A stretch of DNA of 64,000 nt, taken from positions 19,220,001-19,284,000 of the forward strand of contig NW_026262679.1 of the NCBI RefSeq assembly GCF_021869535.1, written 5' to 3'. Positions 1 to 10,505 of this stretch are shown piece after piece. Both the position numbers and the translations under genes were made by a program. Under the pieces are notes generated by a model. That model did no database searches and was not told where the DNA came from. It was given only the letters and a program-made list of their open reading frames with translations. The DNA comes from Mytilus californianus. Lineage: Eukaryota. Within the stretch, counting starts at the first letter, position 1. Every line of letters begins with the position of its first letter.

Positions 1-446
1 GTTGGATAAAAACCGCAATTTTTATACGTGTGCATGCAAAACAAATTTCTTGTTAGAGGGGTCTAAATACAGCACAAACAACATTTTCCAAAAGACTAAA
101 AAAGTGAAAAAGTATATTTTAACAAAACGCATTTGACTAACAGGTCGAACAACGTATGTTCTTAAACCCCGCTGACTGCCATTGGCGATGTAATAAATGG
201 ATCTTAATTATAAATTTAATACTAAACAGAAAACAATAAACTTGCGGAAAAGATGGTATACCGTAAACAAAAGGGGCAAAGGTTTTTGTACACCATATCC
301 GGATTTCGACAATTAATGTCTCTTCAGTGATGTTAGGAATCGAAACGGTATTTGGAAAGCCATACAATTTACCTCAATTTAGGATGGACTCTTGAATTTT
401 GAGGAGTCAAAATAGGATGAACGGATCATATAAACCCGAAGGCAAA
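1..446 (-). mobile_element. Non-LTR retrozyme-like repeat (one ~450-bp monomer visible, minus orientation; may extend past the window start)
   Basis: Reverse complement of the ~488-bp unit seen at 6696-7475; contains a hammerhead core at 290-333; ends at a TA run (447-460). Confidence 0.8.
290..333 (-). ncRNA. Type I hammerhead ribozyme, intact core
   Basis: Minus strand reads ACAUCA-CUGAAGA-GACA(UUAAU)UGUC-GAAA-UCCGG-AUA/UGGUGU: CUGANGA and GAAA cores, stem II GACA/UGUC, short palindromic stem III, stem I ACAUCA/UGGUGU, NUH triplet AUA. Confidence 0.85.
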
Positions 447-989
447 TAATATATATAATAAGCAAGTCTAAAAGGGTACATCTCCAAAAAAATAGTAAAA
501 TCATGAACAAATATTAAATAATTCGGATAACTAATATCCTTTATCAGTAAGATGTCAAATGATTCTTTTCTTGACATGTGGTAGTCCTGTACTGAAGCCT
601 GAGTTACAGGAAACAAGTGATGGTAGGGACTCATTTTATGTTTTTTTGTTATTTATCGATGGCTATTTTATATGTGTGTGTGTGTGTGTGTGTGACATTT
701 TAATCTGTATAATTGGTCATTTTGCGTTGTTTATCATACCGCGAAACTTTGGCCCATTTTTTTTTGTTTCGTTCAATTTGTTTGTAAGTGTTTGTTTGGT
801 ACTATCAAAAAAAAAAATACTGAATCAGACTTTCAGATCATTTCAAACAAATAAGGCCCATAAAGAAATACTGAACTAAAAAATTCTATTTATAGAAACT
901 TTAATAACAAAAATATAGAAACGGATTAACAAAACATAAACTGTAATAAAACAAGTCAATAGCGACTATTATAACATAACATTAAATCA

Positions 990-1250
990 TATCACAGTTA
1001 CTTTGTATCACAGATAGTTGTATCACAGTTATTTTGTATCACAGTTTGTTGTATCAGTTACCATGTTGTATCACAGTTAGTTGTATCACAGTTTCTTGTA
1101 TCACAGTTACTTTGTATCACAGTTACTTTGTATCACCTTGTATCACAGGTACCTTGCATTACAGTTACTTTGTTGTATCATAGTTAAATTTAACATATCA
1201 CAGTAAGGTTGTTGTATTACAATTATTTATTTAATATCACAGTTACTTTG
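990..1250 (-). repeat. 15-16 bp satellite in the cdc25 copy 1 3' flank; array of K-box (CTGTGATA) motifs on the mRNA strand
   Basis: Plus-strand unit TATCACAG + variable 7-8 nt spacer; 11 perfect TATCACAG counted by eye; begins ~100 nt after the stop codon. Confidence 0.9.
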
Positions 1251-1346
1251 ATCTATAGCACTATATTAGCTTTCCGTAAAATGTTTTCTTTTGAGTAGTA
1301 CTACCATAAGAAACATTTTCAATCACTTTTCATAAAAAAGTTCATA

Positions 1347-2120
1347 TTACAAGCGTATGGATCTTTTTGCATGTCGCCGTTTTTCTCCAGCGGTCCAAGA
1401 CTTTGACTTTGCCCGGAAATGACGTAAATCGGACGAGTGTTCATAATGGATCATTGGTTTGTAATTAATTGGATCGCAATACATCGACTTTTCGTTGAAA
1501 AAAGATTTGTATCCTTCATCCAGTAAATATACTTCTGGGTAGTTCAAGGCAGGATAGTTTTCTTTATTCAATTCACGATCTTTACTTCTCAGGAATCGCA
1601 TCATCTTTGGGCCTCGTTCTGATGAAAACTCACAGTGAAAAACAAGAATTTGCTTCTCTGCAGTCGACTGTTGAAGAAGTTCCAAGATGGATGCATGTAA
1701 ATACCTGTTTTCGGCACCTTCGATGTGACCTCCTTCGAATTCATACGGGTATCTGCAGTCGATGATTCGATAACTATTGATGACGTTTTTGTATCTACCG
1801 TCAATGACATCAGAAAGTGTCTGTGGAGAGATGCTTTTCAGATCCTGGTGTTTTCCTGCAACTGATGGAAGCGAGTAGGTTCTGCTGCAATCAGCAATTA
1901 AGTCTTCATTCAGTGTAAGTTTGTTGACGACAGTCTTTAAATCTCTGCAAGCTTTAACGGAATCACCCTGGTGATATTTTGTCAACGACCTCTTGGCACC
2001 AGGAGTCATAAAAGAAATAGTGTCTGCCTTTGGTTTTGTTGCTTTGAATCCAAAGGGTTCCATGTCACTAATCATCTGGTAACATTCGTCATCGTCCTGA
2101 AATAGTTGTTTAGGGAGCAT
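1347..2120 (-). CDS. cdc25: Cdc25 M-phase inducer phosphatase, intronless short form (257 aa), copy 1
   Basis: IIDCRYPYEFEGGHI, active site FHCEFSSERGP (HCx5R), YPEVYLL..GYK.FF, C-terminal FRAKSKSW; single ORF; A-rich start context ACAAAAATG. Confidence 0.97.
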   Translation of the reverse strand: MLPKQLFQDDDECYQMISDMEPFGFKATKPKADTISFMTPGAKRSLTKYHQGDSVKACRDLKTVVNKLTLNEDLIADCSRTYSLPSVAGKHQDLKSISPQTLSDVIDGRYKNVINSYRIIDCRYPYEFEGGHIEGAENRYLHASILELLQQSTAEKQILVFHCEFSSERGPKMMRFLRSKDRELNKENYPALNYPEVYLLDEGYKSFFNEKSMYCDPINYKPMIHYEHSSDLRHFRAKSKSWTAGEKRRHAKRSIRL

Positions 2121-2400
2121 TTTTGTTGTGGTAGGTTACTTCACAAAAGTCGTGATTGAATTTGACTTTTTAAGGTAAAGCACGAATATTTATGGAGAAC
2201 GAACATTTTGACAAATCATAATTTTAAAGAACCGTGTTCACTTCATTACTCAGATCATTTCAGAATTAATCACTCGTTGTCTTTTGACCATAGCTTTGAC
2301 CTCTGATTAACCTTGTCAAAGATGAAAGCGCGGCTTATCATGGTTTGTCAAGATTTTTAATTAAAGTATAAGGCAATTAAGTTCAATGTTCAGCAGAAAC
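2121..2400 (-). promoter_or_regulatory. Putative cdc25 5'UTR/proximal promoter block
   Basis: About 250 bp upstream of the ATG stay near-identical even in diverged copy 4 (23259-23520), whereas more distal flank is much more diverged. Confidence 0.55.
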
Positions 2401-3048
2401 GATGATATATTTAATGTCTGAAAAAAGTTCACTTAATTAATGATACTTTTGTGTAATAATGAAAGACTAATTCAGTTTTTATATATGAAGTATTCCCATA
2501 CAATTTTTTTTTTTATTAAAATGAATAAATAAAATGAAAAGAAAATTTAAAATAAAAGAATAAATAATACAAAATAAAGTTGAAAAAAATAGCATAAATA
2601 TAACTGCTATAAATAAAATAAAATAACACTGTTTAAATAAAACTTGTTTTAAACCTTTATAGTAATAATTTTATTTATTTTTCAATTGTAGATTCTTAAA
2701 TATATAAATTGTTTATATGTATATCCAACAACATAAATAATGGTCCACTTTTTTCCTTATACAGAAGTTTCATAATTTTTTGTTTATGCAAAAAAACTAA
2801 CTTTAGTATGTTTTAAGCGTATTAACCTGGAAATTAATTTATGGGTTTATAAACAAGTTTTCGTTTTAGTGTCGACCTTCGTTGTGCTCGTCCAATTAAA
2901 AAAAAATATGAGTTATAATTAGACAATTTCAAATTTGTCATTAGAACAAACTTCGATAAGAAACTAGGCATAATTTTACTTTTCTATTTTTTTCAGATTT
3001 AAATTTACACCCGACATTTTCCTCTTTTCTTTTGTTTGTTTTAAATAT

Positions 3049-3368
3049 AAAAATAAGGAGATGTGGTGTGATTGCCAATGAGACAACCATCCACCAAAGT
3101 TCAAATGAAGTGGATGTAAGCAATTTTAGGCAACCGTACGGCCTTCAACAATGAGAAAAAACCAATACCGTAAAGTCGGCTATAAAAGACCCTACATGAA
3201 AGAAGATGAAACAATTCAAACGAGAAAACTAACGGCCTAATTTATAACAAAATTTACGAAAAACAAATATGACGGACATGAACCAACGACAACCACTGAA
3301 CTACGGGCTCCTGACTTGGGACAGGCACATAAAGAATGTGGCGGGTTTAAACATGTTTGTGAGCGCTC
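3049..3368 (+). mobile_element. Abundant interspersed repeat (AAAATAAGGAGATGTGG...GCCAATGAGACAAC family)
   Basis: Same sequence recurs across the window (10186, 17565, 30683, fragments at 4304, 4788, 28894, 31536; reverse copies at 46.3 and 58 kb); absent at the homologous site upstream of copy 4 (~24110). Confidence 0.75.
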
Positions 3369-5681
3369 AAAATTATCTTTTTAAGTAGTCAAAAGTTGGA
3401 ATTAAACAAAAATGTCCTTTTTACAAATGATATTTATGACTCCCAAACATTGTGTAAAAGTTTTGACTTTTTCAAACAAATTTTAAAAAGTTACATACAA
3501 AAGAAATAATTACTCCATAGAAATTAATGTTGTTCTTTTGTTTCTTTTGTTGTTCAGTATATAATGTCGTGCTATATACTTGTCTTGCAGTCTTCTAAGA
3601 TCAATTCATGGACCTTTTGATAATATGGAGTATTATCTGAAATTAGAAGTACGTGTGTCCAGTGACTGTAGTAATACCTTCTTATTTTTGTAACGAGAGC
3701 ATATACACTTTTTTATACGTATAGCAACATAAGAGAGACGACCATTTAATTCTCATGGTTAAAAAAAAGGGGTGGGGTATTTGTGGATTTTTTTTCTTGG
3801 CTGGTGAAATATTCATTTTTCCTTTTGCTAGTCCGGCTTTGTTTTGATAGCAGTAACCAACATTGCTTTGAAACCTTCACCTACATGTTAGACCACATAG
3901 ATTTTACAGTGTTTTCCAACGTTGGCAGTACGTGGTACTCTTCGAACATTTGGTATTGAATTTAATGAATATCCCTATCCGATTGAATGTGATTGCGTAT
4001 AAAAGCAGATAAAAAGACGCCCTCCAGTCTTAGAATTGAAAATTCTTCCAGATAAGATAAGAAATCTCAAAATTTTGCGAAGAAGAATTCATTGATTTTG
4101 AGCAATACTCTTAAACGATTGTCTTAGTGGTCTAAATGAATTGTTTTATTTAAGGTAGTAACTCACAGTTGCCATTCTGGTTGACATTATTGAATTCAGA
4201 AACATGCGAAAAGAGAGAACTGTAGTTAGAAATGAGAAAAACATTGGGTCAAAATTATTTTTGAGCCATTATATAACAGCTTGGTCATTCCCGAACCCAT
4301 TATAAAAATAAGGAAATGTGGTATGATTGCCAATGAGACAACTATCCACCAGAGTTCAAATTATCCAAAATAAGTAATAACCATAACTTAAATTGCATGA
4401 CTATTTTCCCAAATCGGTGAAAAACTTACTATGGCACTAATTTAATTTCCCTCAAGTTACCAGTAATATATATAGCGGTTATTTAAGTAATCTCGCATCG
4501 CCAAAAACAAATGACACATGAAAAGCAAACGGTGAAGTTTTGGACAGCGGAAGCATGTTTTCTATATTGTTGTGATAAGATGTAATATTTGCCACTGAAC
4601 GTTAAACGAAATTCAACATCACCGTCATCATTGTTCTGTTATGATTCGAACGCAAATGATGAATCTTATGTAGGATAAAACACATGTCTGGGGGACTATA
4701 CAGAGATCGTCAGTCCAGTAGCATCTAGTCGAATAGTAGATATGAAGATTGTCAGTCCAGTAGCACCTAATCGGATAGTACATACATAAAATAAGGAGCA
4801 GTAGTGTGATTGCCAATAAGACAACTACAAAAGAGTCCAGATATTAAAACTAATAATAAAAACTAAAGGTACACAGTTATATACGTCACGAATGTGATAC
4901 GAAAATGAACCCTGCTTTGTGTTGAAAATATATTGAATTTGTAAATCACTTGCAATGAAATCGCTTCAAGAACTATTTTCTATATTTCCAGATTTGAAAG
5001 ACGCATGTTGATATAGTACATCTTACTTTATCGAAAAGTTTTTGATTTGTTTTCGTGACTTTTAGCCAGAAAATACCTTTTTATGTATTACATTCCTTCT
5101 ATAAAAAGAGGCAGAAGTTACCAAAGAGATAGTCGACCTCATAAGTTGAATACAAGCTGATAGCGCCATGGTAAACACGAAAAATGATGAACAGACCAAC
5201 AACTGTCTTCAAAATACAACATAGAAAAATAAATACTGAACAACACGAACCTCATCAAAATCCGGAGGTGATAACAGGTGCTCTATAAGGGTAGTCAGAT
5301 CCTCCTCCACATGTGGCACCATCGTTTTGTACAAGTTCGATGAAAAGTCTCATTCGGAGATGTTGCATACAGAAGAATGAATCCTCTAAAGAATCCATCC
5401 TACTATTTGTTTTTTTATTCTTGTATACTTTTAAACTAAAGATAGTCATAGTCACCAAAATCTGTCAAGAGAGTCTTTTATTTTGTTAAAAAAACCCATT
5501 GCAATATCGATTTTTAATCAAATACAAAGGTAACGGCATGGTTAGTAACATTATCAACCTTTACGACAGACAAAACAGCTAATCTGAAAGGTACACCATC
5601 TACTTGCCACTATACATCATGTACTGTGTTACAACCCTTGATTAAGCTGAACTGGAACTAACAAAAGCTATGTTATGTAAA

Positions 5682-5780
5682 GCCTAGTCGAGTGGTCTAT
5701 GGCGCTGGACACAGTGCAGGAGTTCGAATCCCGCTGAGGGAAGAACAAAAATTTACTAACATATTTCGGCTAAATTTGAT
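5682..5780 (+). mobile_element. tRNA-derived SINE head (internally deleted)
   Basis: A-box-like TGGTCTATGGCGCTGG and B-box GAGTTCGAATCCC; the homolog at 21516 has 21 extra nt between the boxes. Confidence 0.7.
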
Positions 5781-5884
5781 ATGAAGGATATATAAGTCAT
5801 GGTGTTTGCCCTGTATAACCACGGGATGTCCGATGGAGAACGTCTTTCGTAAATTTGTCTCATGTTTAGAAGTATATATATATG

Positions 5885-6540
5885 AAACATTTTAATCTGT
5901 ATAATTTGTCATTCTGCATTGTTTATTATACCGCGAAACTTTTTTTGTGTTTTTATTGTTTCGTTCAATTTGTTTGAAAGTGTTTGTTTGGTTTTATTAA
6001 AAAATTGAAATACTGAATAGACTTTTAGATCATTTCAAACAGATTAAGCGCATAAAGAAATACTTAACTAAATAATTCTATTAACAGAAACTTTAATAAC
6101 AAAAATATAGAAACGGATTAACAAAACATAAAACAAGTCCAATAGCGACTATTATAACATAACATTAACTATATTATATCACAGCTACTTTAATTCACAG
6201 TTACTTTGTATCACAGCTACTTTGTATCACAGTAAGTTTGAATCACAGCTTCTTTGTATCACAGTTAGTTTATATCACAGCTACTTTGTATCACAGCTAC
6301 TTTGTATCACAGTTAGTTTGCATCACAGCTACTTTGTATCACAGTTAGTTTATATCACAGCTACTTTGTATCACAGCTACTTTGTATCACAGTTACTTTG
6401 TATCACACTTTGATGTATCACAGTTAGTTCGTATCACAGTTACCTGGCATCAAAGTTACTTTGTTGTATCATAGTTAAATTTGTCATATCACAGTAAGGT
6501 TGTTGTATCACAACTTTTTATATAATATCACGGTTACTTT
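5885..6540 (-). repeat. Orphan copy of the copy-4-type cdc25 3' flank including a K-box satellite (6177-6540), with no CDS attached
   Basis: Near-identical to 21744-22370 but breaks at GGTTACTTT into a SINE fragment instead of continuing to the cdc25 stop. Confidence 0.85.
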
Positions 6541-6680
6541 GGTCTAGAGAGCTGAAAATGAGGCTAAGCGATTGGTGCTGTAGTGTATCTAAGGTGTCAG
6601 TTCAAATCCCGTTGAGGGACAAAAATTTGTAAGCATAAAAATCTAATTCTTAACACTGTTGGGTTTAATTTTCAGACTTA
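6541..6680 (+). mobile_element. 5'-truncated tRNA-derived SINE followed by (TA)n
   Basis: GGTCTAGAG...GTTCAAATCCCG...CAAAAATTTG...TAACACTGTTGGG; same family as 5682 and 25020. Confidence 0.7.
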
Positions 6681-6695
6681 TATATATATATATAT

Positions 6696-7475
6696 TGTGG
6701 CATACCATCTTTTCCACAAGTTTATTGTTTTCTGTTTGGCATTAAATTAATATTAAGATCCATTTTGTAAGATCTGGTGATCAATTTATTTGGCAATCGC
6801 CAATGGCAGTCAGCAGGGTTTAAGAACATCAGTTGTTCGACCTGTTAGTCAAATGCGTTTTGTTAAAATAGACTTTTTCACTTTTTTTGGTCTTTTGGAA
6901 ATTGTTGTTTGTGCTGTATTTAGACCCCTTTATCAAGAAATTTGTTTTACATGCACACGTATAAAAATTGCGGTTTTTATCCAACGCAATCATATGTTTG
7001 AACGTTTGCCTTCGGGTTTATATGATCCGTTCATCCTATTTCGACTCTTCAAAATTCAAGAGTCAATCCCAAATTGACGTAAATTATATGGCCTTCCAAA
7101 TACCGTTTCGATTCCTAACATCACTGAAGAGACATTAATTGTCGAAATCCGGATATGGTGTACAAATTTTTGCACCTCATGTTTGCGGTATACCATCTTT
7201 TCCGCAAGTTTTTTGTTTTCTATTTGGTATTAGATTAAAATTAAGATCCATTTTGTTACATCTGTGATCCGTTTATTTGGCAATCGCTATGGCATTCAGC
7301 AGGGTTTAAGATCATCCGTTGTTCGACCTGCTAGTCAAATGCGTTTTGTTAAAATATACTTTTTCACTTTTTTGGTCTTTCGGAAAATGTTGTTTGTGCT
7401 GTATTTAGACCCCTCTAACAAGAAATTTGTTTTGCATGTACACGTATAAAAATTGCGGTTTTTATCCAACGCAAT
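6696..7475 (+). mobile_element. Non-LTR retrozyme-like tandem repeat (~1.6 monomers of ~488 bp)
   Basis: ATACCATCTTTTCC recurs at 6702 and 7190; hammerhead at 7118-7161; flanked by TA runs on both sides. Confidence 0.8.
7118..7161 (+). ncRNA. Type I hammerhead ribozyme, intact core
   Basis: ACATCA-CTGAAGA-GACATTAATTGTC-GAAA-TCCGG-ATA/TGGTGT; predicted cleavage after 7155. Confidence 0.85.
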
Positions 7476-8126
7476 ATTATATATAATAAGCAAGTCTAAA
7501 AGGGTACATCTCCAAAAAAATAGTAAAATCATGAACAAATATTAAATATTTCGGATAACTAATATCCTTCATCAGTAAGATGTCAAATGATTCTTTTCTT
7601 GACATGTGGTAGTCGAACTGAAATAATAATCTTGAACGTCATACAAATTATCACAAATCAATACGCTGGTAATTTTTTTCAATATTGATGTTTGGATGGA
7701 GGAATAAATTGCTTAATACTATGAGAGTCCTGTACTGAAGCCTGAGTTACAGGAAACAAGTGATGGTAGGGACTCATTTTATGTTTTTTGTTATTTATCG
7801 TTGGCTATTATATGTGTGTGTGTGTGTGTGTGACATTTTAATCTGTATAATTGGTCATTCTGCGTTGTTTATCATACCGCGAAACTTTGGCCCTTTTTTT
7901 TTTGTTTCGTTCAATTTGTTTGTAAGTGTTTGTTTGGTACTATCAAAAAAAAAATACTGAATCAGACTTTCAGATCATTTCAAACAAATAAGGCCCATAA
8001 AGAAATACTGAACTAACAAATTCTATTTATAGAAACTTTAATAACAAAAATATAGAAACGGATTAACAAAACATAAACTGTAATAAAACAAGTCAATAGC
8101 GACTATTATAACATAACATTAAATCA

Positions 8127-8387
8127 TATCACAGTTACTTTGTATCACAGATAGTTGTATCACAGTTATTTTGTATCACAGTTTGTTGTATCAGTTACCA
8201 TGTTGTATCACAGTTAGTTGTATCACAGTTTCTTGTATCACAGTTACTTTGTATCACAGTTACTTTGTATCACCTTGTATCACAGGTACCTTGCATTACA
8301 GTTACTTTGTTGTATCATAGTTAAATTTAACATATCACAGTAAGGTTGTTGTATTACAATTATTTATTTATTATCACAGTTACTTTG
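8127..8387 (-). repeat. K-box satellite in the cdc25 copy 2 3' flank
   Basis: Near-identical to 990-1250. Confidence 0.9.
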
Positions 8388-8483
8388 ATCTATAGCACTA
8401 TATTAGCTTTCCGTAAAATGTTTTCTTTTGAGTAGTACTACCATAAGAAACATTTTCAATCACTTTTCATAAAAAAGTTCATA

Positions 8484-9257
8484 TTACAAGCGTATGGATC
8501 TTTTTGCATGTCGCCGTTTTTCTCCAGCGGTCCAAGACTTTGACTTTGCCCGGAAATGACGTAAATCGGACGAGTGTTCATAATGGATCATTGGTTTGTA
8601 ATTAATTGGATCGCAATACATCGACTTTTCGTTGAAAAAAGATTTGTATCCTTCATCCAGTAAATATACTTCTGGGTAGTTCAAGGCAGGATAGTTTTCT
8701 TTATTCAATTCACGATCTTTACGTCTCAGGAATCGCATCATCTTTGGGCCTCGTTCTGATGAAAACTCACAGTGAAAAACAAGAATTTGCTTCTCTGCAG
8801 TCGACTGTTGAAGAAGTTCCAAGATGGATGCATGTAAATACCTGTTTTCGGCACCTTCGATGTGACCTCCTTCGAATTCATACGGGTATCTACAGTCGAT
8901 GATTCGATAACTATTGATGACGTTTTTGTATCTACCGTCAATGACATCAGAAAGTGTCTGTGGAGAGATGCTTTTCAGATCCTGGTGTTTTCCTGAAACT
9001 GATGGAAGCGAGTAGGTTCTGCTGCAATCAGCAATTAAGTCTTCATTCAGTGTAAGTTTGTTGACGACAGTCTTTAAATCTCTGCAAGCTTTAACGGAAT
9101 CACCCTGGTGATATTTTGTCAACGACCTCTTGGCACCAGGAGTCATAAAAGAAATAGTGTCTGCCTTTGGTTTTGTTGCTTTGAATCCAAAGGGTTCCAT
9201 GTCACTAATCATCTGGTAACATTCGTCATCGTCCTGAAATAGTTGTTTAGGGAGCAT
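8484..9257 (-). CDS. cdc25: Cdc25 phosphatase, intronless short form (257 aa), copy 2
   Basis: Same motifs; differs from copy 1 by two residues (VAGK>VSGK, LRSK>LRRK). Confidence 0.97.
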   Translation of the reverse strand: MLPKQLFQDDDECYQMISDMEPFGFKATKPKADTISFMTPGAKRSLTKYHQGDSVKACRDLKTVVNKLTLNEDLIADCSRTYSLPSVSGKHQDLKSISPQTLSDVIDGRYKNVINSYRIIDCRYPYEFEGGHIEGAENRYLHASILELLQQSTAEKQILVFHCEFSSERGPKMMRFLRRKDRELNKENYPALNYPEVYLLDEGYKSFFNEKSMYCDPINYKPMIHYEHSSDLRHFRAKSKSWTAGEKRRHAKRSIRL

Positions 9258-10185
9258 TTTTGTTGTGGTAGGTTACTTCACAAAAGTCGTGATTGAATTT
9301 GACTTTCTAAGGTAAAGCACGAATATTTATGGAGAACGAACATTTTGACAAATCATAATTTTAAAGAACCGTGTTCACTTCATTACTCAGATCATTTCAG
9401 AATTAATCACTCGTTGTCTTTTGACCATAGCTTTGACCTCTGATTAACCTTGTCAAAGATGAAAGCGCGGCTTATCATGGTTTGTCAAGATTTTTAATTA
9501 AAGTATAAGGCAATTAAGTTCAATGTTCAGCAGAAACGATGATATATTTAATGTCTGAAAAAAGTTCACTTAATTAATGATACTTTTGTGTAATAATGAA
9601 AGACTAATTCAGTTTTTATATATGAAGTATTCCCATACAATTTTTTTTTTATTAAAATGAATAAATAAAATGAAAAGAAAATTTAAAATAAAAGAATAAA
9701 TAATACAAAATAAAGTTGAAAAAAATAGCATATATATAACTGCTATAAATAAAATAAAATAACACTGTTTAAATAAAACTTGTTTTAAACCTTTATAGTA
9801 ATAATTTTATTTATTTTTCAATTGTAGATTCTTAAATATATAAATTGTTTATATGTATATCCAACAACATAAATAATGGTCCACTTTTTTCCTTATACAG
9901 AAGTTTCATAATTTTTTGTTTATGCAAAAAAACTAACTTTAGTATGTTTTAAGCGTATTAACCTGGAAATTAATTTATGGGTTTATAAACAAGTTTTCGT
10001 TTTAGTGTCGACCTTCGTTGTGCTCGTCCAATTAAAAAAAAAATATGAGTTATAATTAGACAATTTCAAATTTGTCATTAGAACAAACTTCGATAAGAAA
10101 CTAGGCATAATTTTACTTTTCTATTTTTTTCAGATTTAAATTTACACCCGACATTTTCCTCTTTTCTTTTGTTTGTTTTAAATAT

Positions 10186-10505
10186 AAAAATAAGGAGATG
10201 TGGTGTGATTGCTAATGAGACAACCATCCACCAAAGTTCAAATGAAGTGGATGTAAGCAATTTTAGGCAACCGTACGGCCTTCAACAATGAGAAAAAAAC
10301 AATACCGTATAGTCGGCTATAAAAGACCCTACATGAAAGAAGATGAAACAATTCAAACGAGAAAACTAACGGCCTAATTTATAACAAAATTTACGAAAAA
10401 CAAATATGACGGACATGAACCAACGACAACCACTGAACTACGGGCTCCTGACTTGGGACAGGCACATAAAGAATGTGGCGGGTTTAAACATGTTTGTGAG
10501 CGCTC
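10186..10505 (+). mobile_element. Interspersed repeat, duplicate of 3049-3368
   Basis: Near-identical sequence at the same position in unit 2. Confidence 0.75.

Noticed and set aside
559-879. 106-aa ORF repeated in each unit (also 7760, 14896, 6790, 13885)
   Set aside because: Low complexity, crosses (GT)n and retrozyme sequence, lengths differ between units, no domain.
990-1250. Satellite as a CRISPR array
   Set aside because: Eukaryotic context, 15-16 bp period, no unique spacers and no cas genes.
1601-1810. 69-aa alternative-frame ORF inside every cdc25 copy
   Set aside because: Its conservation is explained by the overlapping cdc25 frame; no independent motif.
2326-2334. E2F site AAAGCGCGG in the cdc25 upstream block
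   Set aside because: Does not match TTTSSCGC on either strand.
5682-5780. tRNA gene
   Set aside because: A and B boxes are present, but no cloverleaf or acceptor stem can be built. It continues into a repeated body found several times, so it is a SINE head.
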